From: an uncultured Granulosicoccaceae bacterium
Lineage (GTDB): Bacteria > Pseudomonadota > Gammaproteobacteria > Granulosicoccales > Granulosicoccaceae
Assembly: GCA_964390335.1 (NCBI GenBank)
Contig: CAYMHU010000001.1
Location: forward strand, 158,225-222,224
Length of the DNA: 64,000 nucleotides
Reading direction: 5' to 3'
Part shown: positions 9,692-17,086 of the stretch, piece after piece
Layout: every line of letters begins with the position of its first letter
Numbering within the stretch: position 1 is the first letter of the stretch
Program-made: the position numbers and the translations under genes
Notes under the pieces: model-generated
What the model saw: the letters and a program-made list of their open reading frames with translations, nothing else
What the model was told of the DNA's origin: nothing
Database searches by the model: none

Positions 9692-11383
9692 TTAAACACA
9701 ATAAATTGCAGGCGATGACTCTTTGCATTGCCAAAGTGTTGAGTGGCAACTTGGGTCTACATTTGTAGAGTCCATCTGTGTTGATTCAATGAGTGTGGAG
9801 TCGATACCAGTATAGTCAACTCGTGTAGAGTCGCTTCGTGTAGAGTCGTCACTTAGTTTTTGTGCTGGCTTCAAATCAACCACCGCTGCATCCGTAATAT
9901 CTTGTCCGTTTTTATTAATTATACGAAATCGAAATCGTTCCGGTGATAGTTGCCGTATCGCGTTAAACGACTCCCGATCATTGCGCAATGATTCTTCAAA
10001 GTCGAATTGATTAAGATCATGAAAGTGTAGTTGTTGGAAAAACTGCTTATGCACACCGTCTTTATCCTGTGCAACTGCTTCGATTTTATAACCACCTTCA
10101 TGCACCAGCGTGTGATGATAAGAACACAGACAGACACCATTCTCAACGGACGTTGAACCACCGTCGGCCCAGTGCTGCATGTGATGGATATGCAAATGAC
10201 GCGAATGATCACAACCCGGCCAAACACACTGTTGATCACGTTCTTTGATGGCGCGAGCCATGGCGCTTGGCCAGATGCGGGATTTACGTCCGATATCGAT
10301 GGGCTCACCGCTCTGTGTTTTATTGACTGAGATACAGCAATCACAGGCAATGCGCCTGGCCGTTTCCCGGCCAATAGGGCCTGCGCCAATAATTATGGGG
10401 CGTTTTGCAGGGGTTACTGGTTCGGTATTGTTGTTTGAATTGTTGGTGATTGAGCCATTATTAATCGGAGCAAGCTCGCTTTCATCAACAGTAACACTCA
10501 CTTGATATCGATCAGCCGTGGCGATGGCTTTACCGGCACCTTGCAGGCTGGACTCTGCCATCAATACTGCCGCGTCTGCTCTGCGTTGTGACATGGCGTT
10601 GTCGGCCGTACCCAACTCACCCAGACTATGTTCAACGCTATTAAGAAAAGCTTGCGCAAGTTCAGGTGGTAAGACGAGTTGGATTTGCGTGCTGCCGTTA
10701 CTTGCCTCGCGCCACGTCAACGAACGCGAATCCCATTGCCTCATAGCACGGGTGTTTTCCGCGTCGCCATTGTCGTCTTCACACCACCGATAACCATCGC
10801 ACAAGCGCTTAACCTCTGATACTGATGCATCCAACGCGGCGTGACACAAGGTTTTTTCGTTATCACTATCAGCCACACGGGTGATCAAACGCACTTTCGA
10901 CCAAGACAACTTACCAACCCTAAACAAGGCCTGTAGCATGGGTAGAGATTGAAGTCGGCGACCCACGCGCAAATACTCCCAGCTCAATTTAGTGCTAATA
11001 CCGATTTCAGCGTTCATCCACGCAGCGCAATGGCTCGCGCCACTTTGTTTCCAGGCTTGTTGGTCATCAAACCGGACCAGCAGCTCTAGTAGATCTGCAT
11101 GTTGAGAGCTTATTTCTTGTGAGAGGAGTTTTAAGCGTTGCCGGATGGTTTGAGCATCTTGCGGTAATGCGTTGCGATCGATGCCTTCGGTATACTCTTT
11201 TTGTTCAGCACTTTTAGTGCGTTCAGCCTTACCTTCAATGCAGGCCATCGCTAAACGAACACGTTGACCAAACTGCTCACGGTCAGCGGCATCGAATGAG
11301 TTCATGCCCAGCTCAAAAGAGGCTGCGGATTTTTTATCGTTATTATTTTTGTCGTTATTACCAGGGTGGTTTGGTTTATCCAT
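9692..11383 (-). CDS. DUF222 (13E12-repeat family) HNH endonuclease
   Basis: LVRFDDQQAW..SGASHCAAWM, GKLSWSKVRLITRVA, RDQQCVWPGC..HIHHMQHWADGGSTSVENGVCLCSYHHTLVH; GGGAG RBS. Confidence 0.85.
   Translation of the reverse strand: MDKPNHPGNNDKNNNDKKSAASFELGMNSFDAADREQFGQRVRLAMACIEGKAERTKSAEQKEYTEGIDRNALPQDAQTIRQRLKLLSQEISSQHADLLELLVRFDDQQAWKQSGASHCAAWMNAEIGISTKLSWEYLRVGRRLQSLPMLQALFRVGKLSWSKVRLITRVADSDNEKTLCHAALDASVSEVKRLCDGYRWCEDDNGDAENTRAMRQWDSRSLTWREASNGSTQIQLVLPPELAQAFLNSVEHSLGELGTADNAMSQRRADAAVLMAESSLQGAGKAIATADRYQVSVTVDESELAPINNGSITNNSNNNTEPVTPAKRPIIIGAGPIGRETARRIACDCCISVNKTQSGEPIDIGRKSRIWPSAMARAIKERDQQCVWPGCDHSRHLHIHHMQHWADGGSTSVENGVCLCSYHHTLVHEGGYKIEAVAQDKDGVHKQFFQQLHFHDLNQFDFEESLRNDRESFNAIRQLSPERFRFRIINKNGQDITDAAVVDLKPAQKLSDDSTRSDSTRVDYTGIDSTLIESTQMDSTNVDPSCHSTLWQCKESSPAIYCV
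9762..9851. repeat. Six tandem 15-bp units encoding (D/E)STxx pentapeptides in HNH C-terminus
   Basis: TTTGTAGAGTCCATC/TGTGTTGATTCAATG/AGTGTGGAGTCGATA/CCAGTATAGTCAACT/CGTGTAGAGTCGCTT/CGTGTAGAGTCGTCA. Confidence 0.75.
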
Positions 11384-11445
11384 AAAACAGTTCTCCCTTG
11401 ACGTATTTCATCGTACCAGGAAAACCGCGCTCGCGCATCAACTAA

Positions 11446-11461
11446 CTGCATGTATATACAG
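11446..11461 (-). promoter_or_regulatory. LexA (SOS) box upstream of DUF222-HNH gene
   Basis: Minus strand CTGTATATACATGCAG matches CTG-N10-CAG with AT-rich core; 63 bp upstream of ATG. Confidence 0.7.
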
Positions 11462-11570
11462 TTTGCAACAAAAGCGATACTCGGATGGCTACTTCAGTAG
11501 CAGTATCGGCAGAGTTATTTTGGTGTTGTTTGTTGCTGATTGCAATCAGAAATTATATGTGGAAATTGTG

Positions 11571-11595
11571 TGACAGCTAAGTGCCCTCTGCCGAC
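11571..11595 (+). repeat. Cassette-boundary repeat R1
   Basis: T-GACAGCT-AAGTGCCC-TCTGCCGAC; 10 bp from DUF4375 stop. Confidence 0.55.
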
Positions 11596-11605
11596 GCTTG
11601 ATCTC

Positions 11606-12151
11606 TCACTGTCTGGATAACTTGCCTAGTAGGTGAGAAAGTATATTAGTTTTTCTACCAGGAAAAGAAATCTCGTCTCTGTTTAATTTTATAAATTCAA
11701 ACAAATTGTTCTCAATGCTTTCTGTGCTAAGCCTATAGAAATCTGCATCTAATTTATCTAATTGCTCATCTTGTTCTGTAGTGGCGTCAGCCGCGAGAGT
11801 TTGTATTTCAAGCTCGGTTGTTCTGCTCTTAACACCCAGAATCAACAAAGCATTTTCTAGTAGCGCAGCGGACTTCGGACAACCTATTTTCTTAAGCGAA
11901 TCAGATGCACCCTTTACATGGTATGGGGTATTAAAGCAAAAAGCATTAAAACCACCGTTGTTTACTTGACGTTCAAATGATTCGATAACAACGATTACCT
12001 TTTCGGTATCGGTCAGAGTGGGTTTTTGGTTCAATGCTTCATCAAATGCCAGCACAATTGAATCGACTCGATGTGTTGCACTCATTGCAATCAACTCGTC
12101 TACAGACTCACCACTGTATTTATCGAGGAATGGCAAATTGTCATTGTTCAT
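11606..12151 (-). CDS. DUF4375 (DMP19-like) domain protein
   Basis: FERQVNNGGFNAF..N....ASDSLKKIGC..A..L...L..LD..FY; GGAG RBS. Confidence 0.75.
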   Translation of the reverse strand: MNNDNLPFLDKYSGESVDELIAMSATHRVDSIVLAFDEALNQKPTLTDTEKVIVVIESFERQVNNGGFNAFCFNTPYHVKGASDSLKKIGCPKSAALLENALLILGVKSRTTELEIQTLAADATTEQDEQLDKLDADFYRLSTESIENNLFEFIKLNRDEISFPGRKTNILSHLLGKLSRQ

Positions 12152-12177
12152 CTTCTACTCCAATGAAGACTATTAAA

Positions 12178-12249
12178 GGTCAGCTTTTGGCCGGTTTCTG
12201 CCGGTTGGATAAAGTCTAATCGAACTAGTGCTTTGTGCCCGTTGCGGAC
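12178..12249 (+). repeat. Tandem pair of cassette-boundary repeats R2 (12178-12202) and R3 (12221-12249)
   Basis: G-GTCAGCT-TTTGGCCG-GTTTCTGCC and CGAAC-TAGTGCT-TTGTGCCC-GTTGCGGAC. Confidence 0.65.
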
Positions 12250-12263
12250 GGTCAGCCTGACGG

Positions 12264-13562
12264 CTATGGCGGAAAATCAACGAAATCACATGGAAAACCG
12301 ATTACCTCTTGGTACCCGCCAAAAGACTTTCTGAACTTTCTGAATTTGAATTCTCGCGAAAAGTACTCGGTGGTTTCTATTCCATTTTCTTGGTCAATGA
12401 AATCAGTTTCCTCGACAACCCTCCAATACGGGTCGTCAATTTCTTTAGTGATAGACGTTCTGGTTTGCGTTCGTCTCACACCATTAAAGCTCACCTCGAA
12501 ATACGTTCCAGCAACAGGGTCGCATACTGAGGTATCGTCAATTAATTTTCCTATTAAGTCGCTGCTTCTGTTCCCAGTAAATTGGTAGGTACCAAATGCG
12601 CCACCATCGGATTCTTCAACATACCTACGAGTGTATTCATCGACGAGTGTGACGGTGCTAGAAACATTTGTGGTGGCAGTATAATCACTTCCATCATAGG
12701 AATTTATAACACCTTCCCAGGACACAGAATTTTCTGAGTGTATTCGCGTACCAGAGGTATTTCTGTAATCTAAATTCGGTTTGAAATTATGCATGAGTAC
12801 TCCGTTACCGTCAGCATCAATATCGAGATTACCTGAAAGTGAATCTTGATTTGGATTATTTGGATGAGGCGCGAACGTTATAAAAAGTGGTCTTTCCTCT
12901 GTTAGATACGCTTCAAAATCCCAGGGAAATAAAACAGTAGTTGGAGTGTAGTCTTCTATCGGCAGCAATGAATCCTCATCAACAAAAGGGTCAGACCCTG
13001 CTATCAATTCGTCCAGATTATTTATCCCATCTTCATCAGCATCAAACAAATTACGGTCGAACTGATCTACACCAACAACAAACGTTTCTGCATCGTTATT
13101 GCCGCTTCTGTATTCCTGGTTTGAACGAGCTAATTCAATCCCACCCATGTTGTCATAGAAAGTCACAATGAGCGTCTGTACTGTGTTCTGGGGCAGATCC
13201 GCCGACGCTGACCAAAACTCATCACCAACCCATGTAGCAGAAAAGTAGAAGTCACCCCATTCCAATAGAACGCTCAGTTCGTTGGATTGGTACGCAGGCA
13301 CAGTGATCTCAAAAGAGACTTTGGTGGTGTTTTGTGTTTCTGACTCTTCTTCTGTTAAGGTCGGTGCGTCCTCAGCAGGGTTCAGCCCAGTGTCGGTTGA
13401 GCTCTCAGGATCATTTGTTTCAGTCGGAACATTGTCGTCGTTCGCGCCATTGAGGTTGCTCGGATCAGACGATGTGGACTCACTGGAGCTAGAACATCCA
13501 GAAAGGATGAAAACAAACAGGAGTAATACAACAAACCGATAGATGGATGTCTTGATAACCAT
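12264..13562 (-). CDS. Lipoprotein with low-complexity linker, beta-rich domains and TSP3-like Ca-binding motif
   Basis: Lipobox LSGC, S/T/E/N-rich linker, FDADEDGINNLDELIAGSDP. Confidence 0.7.
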   Translation of the reverse strand: MVIKTSIYRFVVLLLFVFILSGCSSSSESTSSDPSNLNGANDDNVPTETNDPESSTDTGLNPAEDAPTLTEEESETQNTTKVSFEITVPAYQSNELSVLLEWGDFYFSATWVGDEFWSASADLPQNTVQTLIVTFYDNMGGIELARSNQEYRSGNNDAETFVVGVDQFDRNLFDADEDGINNLDELIAGSDPFVDEDSLLPIEDYTPTTVLFPWDFEAYLTEERPLFITFAPHPNNPNQDSLSGNLDIDADGNGVLMHNFKPNLDYRNTSGTRIHSENSVSWEGVINSYDGSDYTATTNVSSTVTLVDEYTRRYVEESDGGAFGTYQFTGNRSSDLIGKLIDDTSVCDPVAGTYFEVSFNGVRRTQTRTSITKEIDDPYWRVVEETDFIDQENGIETTEYFSREFKFRKFRKSFGGYQEVIGFPCDFVDFPP

Positions 13563-13710
13563 GGTAATTTAACTATTGAGAAATTAATTTGCCCAGCACT
13601 AACGCATCGTATTGTACTTGATGCGCTGAACAGGCTTAACTAGGAAAATAAAACAATGGTGTCGGTATATTTACCATCCTTGGCAGCACTATGCGGTTAA
13701 TCAAATTGAA

Positions 13711-13740
13711 CGAACTTCCGCTATTGGCCGAAACCGGATC
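13711..13740 (+). repeat. Cassette-boundary repeat R4
   Basis: CGAAC-TTCCGCT-ATTGGCCG-AAACCGGATC; overlaps the RES gene stop codon (13739-13741). Confidence 0.65.
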
Positions 13741-14182
13741 ATCTTACCAGTCGCTTGTCGATCACCACATCAACAGGTTTTGAAATCTTGATCGTCTTAA
13801 AGTCTGGATGAAGTTGATTTATCAGTACATTACCCTCATAGGGTGATACTACCGATGGAACCCATAAAGCTACCGTTTTGCCATCATCGAACCACTTGTT
13901 ACCAACGGCACGACAGGCATCCTGGTCGTTGATATCTTTAGGTCTTTTCTCCAGCTGCTTACTCGAGTCGGGAATCGTCGCTACTACACACACCAATGTC
14001 GGTGGCAATGTGTTGCTTTGCCAATGAACCAGGTTTTCCAGTACGGCAAGTGAATAGCTAGACGCACCGTGAACAACTAACCTCCCGGGATCGACCCAAC
14101 GACTGCCCCATCGATAAGCACCTCCGCCATCAAAAGGAGGATACTGCTTGCTTACGATTCTGTAGACACGTTTACCCTTCAA
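13739..14182 (-). CDS. RES-domain toxin (RES-Xre type II TA)
   Basis: VYRI...DGGGA..GSRW..G...S.SLAVLE...LWVPSVVSP.E.NVLIN.LHPDF. Confidence 0.85.
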   Translation of the reverse strand: MKGKRVYRIVSKQYPPFDGGGAYRWGSRWVDPGRLVVHGASSYSLAVLENLVHWQSNTLPPTLVCVVATIPDSSKQLEKRPKDINDQDACRAVGNKWFDDGKTVALWVPSVVSPYEGNVLINQLHPDFKTIKISKPVDVVIDKRLVR

Positions 14183-14619
14183 GCTGGTAGGCCATGTAAT
14201 CCCCGTTCGATGACTTCCTCAACTGCCCTTCCACCTAATTCGGTCAATGCCGTTTCGAAAGGTGAGCGTCCGTCAAGCTCCGGATGTGAGCGCATCATGA
14301 ACCGAGTCGCCGCAGTAGGGTCTACAAATGCATCCAGAGCCATCGCATACAGTCGGGCAATTCGCTCAATAGTCTCACTGGTCTGAAGGTTGAATCGATC
14401 AACCCGGTTGTAGGTAGCACGCGGCACAATCCGAAAGCGTATGTCATTTGTTGAGGTCTCGGAGAAGTGTTCTCCAAACCCTTCAACAAGCGTGTCGAGC
14501 GCAGATTTTGGTAGTCCACTGGCGACGATGTTTTCTAAATCGCGCATTGTTTGGATTCTTTTGCCAAGACCCTTGGTACCGCCCAAGACATCAGATATAT
14601 TTTTTGCTGAAATGCTCAT
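14179..14619 (-). CDS. Xre/MbcA/ParS family antitoxin
   Basis: IVASGLP, IVPRATYNR, SETIERIARL, FMMRSHPELDGRSP, VEEVIERGLHG; 4-nt overlap with RES gene. Confidence 0.85.
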   Translation of the reverse strand: MSISAKNISDVLGGTKGLGKRIQTMRDLENIVASGLPKSALDTLVEGFGEHFSETSTNDIRFRIVPRATYNRVDRFNLQTSETIERIARLYAMALDAFVDPTAATRFMMRSHPELDGRSPFETALTELGGRAVEEVIERGLHGLPA

Positions 14620-14656
14620 ATGAGCATATTATGAGGCTCATTAAATCATTTTTCAA
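14612..14656 (-). promoter_or_regulatory. Sigma70 promoter and palindromic operator of Xre-RES operon
   Basis: TTGAAA-17bp-CATAAT, then 8 nt to ATG; perfect 16-bp palindrome ATGCTCATATGAGCAT (14612-14627) spanning the start codon. Confidence 0.65.
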
Positions 14657-14735
14657 TGCGCTCATAACAGGCGATTGAGTAAACGCCGACAGAATTAAGG
14701 CATAAACCCAACATCCATCGATATTTAACCTTTCA

Positions 14736-14858
14736 AATGACTGCTGTTGGCCAAAGGACTTGCTGGTCGTTGACCCAAATCAGCTTGTACATTGACCCGC
14801 TCTTTGGTGCCTAACGCGGTGTCAGAACGTACTAACTGTTCTTGGCGCTTTAACCCAC
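14736..14858 (+). repeat. Three degenerate cassette-boundary repeats R5-R7
   Basis: AAT-GACTGCT-GTTGGCCA-AAGGAC (14736); GACCCGCTCTTTGGTGCCTAACGCGGTGTC (14794); AACTGTT-CTTGGCGC-TTTAACC (14834, contains DUF6176 stop). Confidence 0.5.
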
Positions 14859-15044
14859 ACAATCAACTTTAGAAAATTCATCATCGATACTTTTTGGCGC
14901 AAAAGAGATAACGTGTTCCATATTAATCGGACGCCATTCAGTGTCTATACATTCAGTTCTTCAATTGGCCATCTCGCGCATCCACTCATTTGCACGTTGC
15001 TCCTTGCCTACTTTCACTCGAAAAATCGAGAAATCTGTGTTCAT
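14850..15044 (-). pseudogene. DUF6176-like small protein, central part deleted
   Basis: Manual translation: MNTDFSIFRVKVGKEQRANEWMREMAN* then, out of frame, ECIDTEWRPINMEHVISFAPK...; both ends resemble my recollection of DUF6176 termini. Confidence 0.5.
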
Positions 15045-15055
15045 AGTTTTCTCTT

Positions 15056-15083
15056 AATGACAGCTTATGGCCGAACGCGAGCC
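15056..15083 (+). repeat. Cassette-boundary repeat R8
   Basis: AAT-GACAGCT-TATGGCCG-AACGCGAGCC; 11 bp from the DUF6176 ATG and 56 bp from the metA stop. Confidence 0.6.
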
Positions 15084-15139
15084 TCATAGGTCATACAAAG
15101 TCGATATAGCAAGAGTTCAATCACCACAATTAGCAATCA

Positions 15140-16222
15140 TTATTTCAAGCCAACCCGCCCCCAACCAAGCGGATTGTTTATATCGATACCATCCATAAAC
15201 GGCAGCGCCCGATCAGCATTCGTCAACTGATACACCAAACCAATCCAGTTACCAACAATGGCTTCACCACTGTCATGCCAGGTGTTATGCAAAGTCGGTA
15301 AAACAAGTGCTTCTGGAAACGCAGGCACCGGCGTACCTTGCTGCTTTGCGGCTTTCACTTTGCCTTTGTATTCCTGCAAAATAGCCTTTGCGAATGAATT
15401 AAAATAGTACTTTGGCATTGGTGGGTATTCGTTTAGCTCGCCAAATGCGTATAAACCAATATCACGCTTGTACTCTTTCATTAAACTGATTCGATCGTAT
15501 TCCGGATGACCTTGAAAGAACACGGTTCTGAATCCGTCCGGGCTTACCGCCAGCTGCACACCGGCCTCTGTTCCCTGTGCCAATACGTGTAAACCTTTTG
15601 ATTGCATTTGCTCGGCAGTGACTTCATTAAAGCGCGATTGCGGCACTACAATGCGGGTATTCACATCATGGATTAAGGGATGATCGCGCAGCGTTACGTC
15701 AAATTCAAACACACCCCACCGTTTTTTATCCAGATGCTGGCGTTCTATTTCATAAGCACCCAACAGCACTGCATGGCTCGATAAACAAGAACACAAAGTT
15801 GAAGTGACATTTTCATGTGCCCAATGGTATAAATCCATCAACGGGCTCCAAAATACCTCTTTGGATAAATCGGCTTCGATGACGTTTGCACCCGTAATGA
15901 TCAGTGCATCCAAACCATGCTCTTTAATACTGGATAATGGTTCGTAGTAACGCGCTATGTGTTCGCTCGCGACTTCACCACGTGGAATTTCATCTAAGGT
16001 AAAGGGATGAATATGAAACTGTGCTATTGGGTTACTGGAGCCCACTAAACGAAAAAATTGTCGCTCCGTTGCAGCCAGTGCGGCATCGGGCATCATATTC
16101 AGCAAGCCAACATGCAAATCGCGGATATCTTGCTTTTGCGCGCGCTCTTGGGTGAGCACAGTGTGCCCTTCCTGACGCAGCCGCTCGAATGTGGGTAAAT
16201 TGCTGGTTTGAACCAATGGCAT
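15140..16222 (-). CDS. metA: Homoserine O-succinyl/acetyltransferase (MetA family)
   Basis: LHVGLLNMMPDAALAATERQF, DALIITGAN, STLCSCL, FFQGHPEYD; acyl specificity not assignable by eye. Confidence 0.9.
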   Translation of the reverse strand: MPLVQTSNLPTFERLRQEGHTVLTQERAQKQDIRDLHVGLLNMMPDAALAATERQFFRLVGSSNPIAQFHIHPFTLDEIPRGEVASEHIARYYEPLSSIKEHGLDALIITGANVIEADLSKEVFWSPLMDLYHWAHENVTSTLCSCLSSHAVLLGAYEIERQHLDKKRWGVFEFDVTLRDHPLIHDVNTRIVVPQSRFNEVTAEQMQSKGLHVLAQGTEAGVQLAVSPDGFRTVFFQGHPEYDRISLMKEYKRDIGLYAFGELNEYPPMPKYYFNSFAKAILQEYKGKVKAAKQQGTPVPAFPEALVLPTLHNTWHDSGEAIVGNWIGLVYQLTNADRALPFMDGIDINNPLGWGRVGLK

Positions 16223-16234
16223 GGAAATGACAGC

Positions 16235-17074
16235 CTATGCGTCTAGCGCGTTACTGATTAAATCAAGAAAATCGTCTGCTGAGCTAACGTTAAACGCATC
16301 CCGAGCCTTTATTGTATAGCCATATTCATCGGCTATCGCTTTGTAACGTGGCACTCGGGCACTGAACAGCATTGGGAATACCCAACGCACGTAATCGTCC
16401 GGTTCTATCTGCGCAACATATTCTATATTGCGTTGTTGCATGTACAGCGCCAAATGCTCATCAAGAAACGATTCACGATAGTACAACGGCTTAGGGTCTT
16501 TATAAGCACGCTCTATCAGAAACTTTTCGTCATCCTTGTCGGCTTCAATATAGATCATCACCGTATGGTCGGCGATCTCTCGAATAACATCCTTATCGTC
16601 GATCTCACAAAAGCTGCCGCTGGCATCGTTTAGAAAATTATCGTAACCATATACATCCTGGGCTTTATTGATAAATTCGGGCACGTCATGTAGGGCCGCA
16701 ATTTCTGCATCTAAATGTAAAGCTTGCCGGTATTTAAATTCATCAAGTGCCAATCCATGTAAATCCGGATTACCCAGTTTGCCCAAAAAGGTTGATAACG
16801 GTTTTAAGTTATCAACGGTAATATTGTTGGCGATATAAATGGAATCACTGAGCAGCAGGTCACGTAAAAACGGCACCTGCATTGCCTGTTTTTTTATGTT
16901 GTCGAGTATGGCTTCGTCGATATAGCGAGTACCTATACGGTAGTCCACCGAATAGTGAAACCAATTATCATCGCGCAAAAAGTTGGCTAGGCGTGTTTTG
17001 CCAACACCCGACATGCCCAACAAGGTAATGCATTTCCGGGGTGAGTCCAGAAATGCTTGCTTCGAAATTCGCAT
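16235..17074 (-). CDS. Uncharacterised P-loop ATPase/kinase
   Basis: Walker A ITLLGMSGVGKT; HYSVDYRIGTRY; FLNDASGSFCE. Confidence 0.75.
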   Translation of the reverse strand: MRISKQAFLDSPRKCITLLGMSGVGKTRLANFLRDDNWFHYSVDYRIGTRYIDEAILDNIKKQAMQVPFLRDLLLSDSIYIANNITVDNLKPLSTFLGKLGNPDLHGLALDEFKYRQALHLDAEIAALHDVPEFINKAQDVYGYDNFLNDASGSFCEIDDKDVIREIADHTVMIYIEADKDDEKFLIERAYKDPKPLYYRESFLDEHLALYMQQRNIEYVAQIEPDDYVRWVFPMLFSARVPRYKAIADEYGYTIKARDAFNVSSADDFLDLISNALDA

Positions 17075-17086
17075 TGTAACTATTTC

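Noticed and set aside
9762-9851. CRISPR array
   Set aside because: Units are contiguous 15-mers in coding frame with no unique spacers, and there are no cas genes.
9632-15083. Classical integron (intI, attI, attC) or CALIN
   Set aside because: No tyrosine recombinase ORF in the window; the repeats are about 24 bp and lack RYYYAAC/GTTRRRY ends. Kept only as an analogy.
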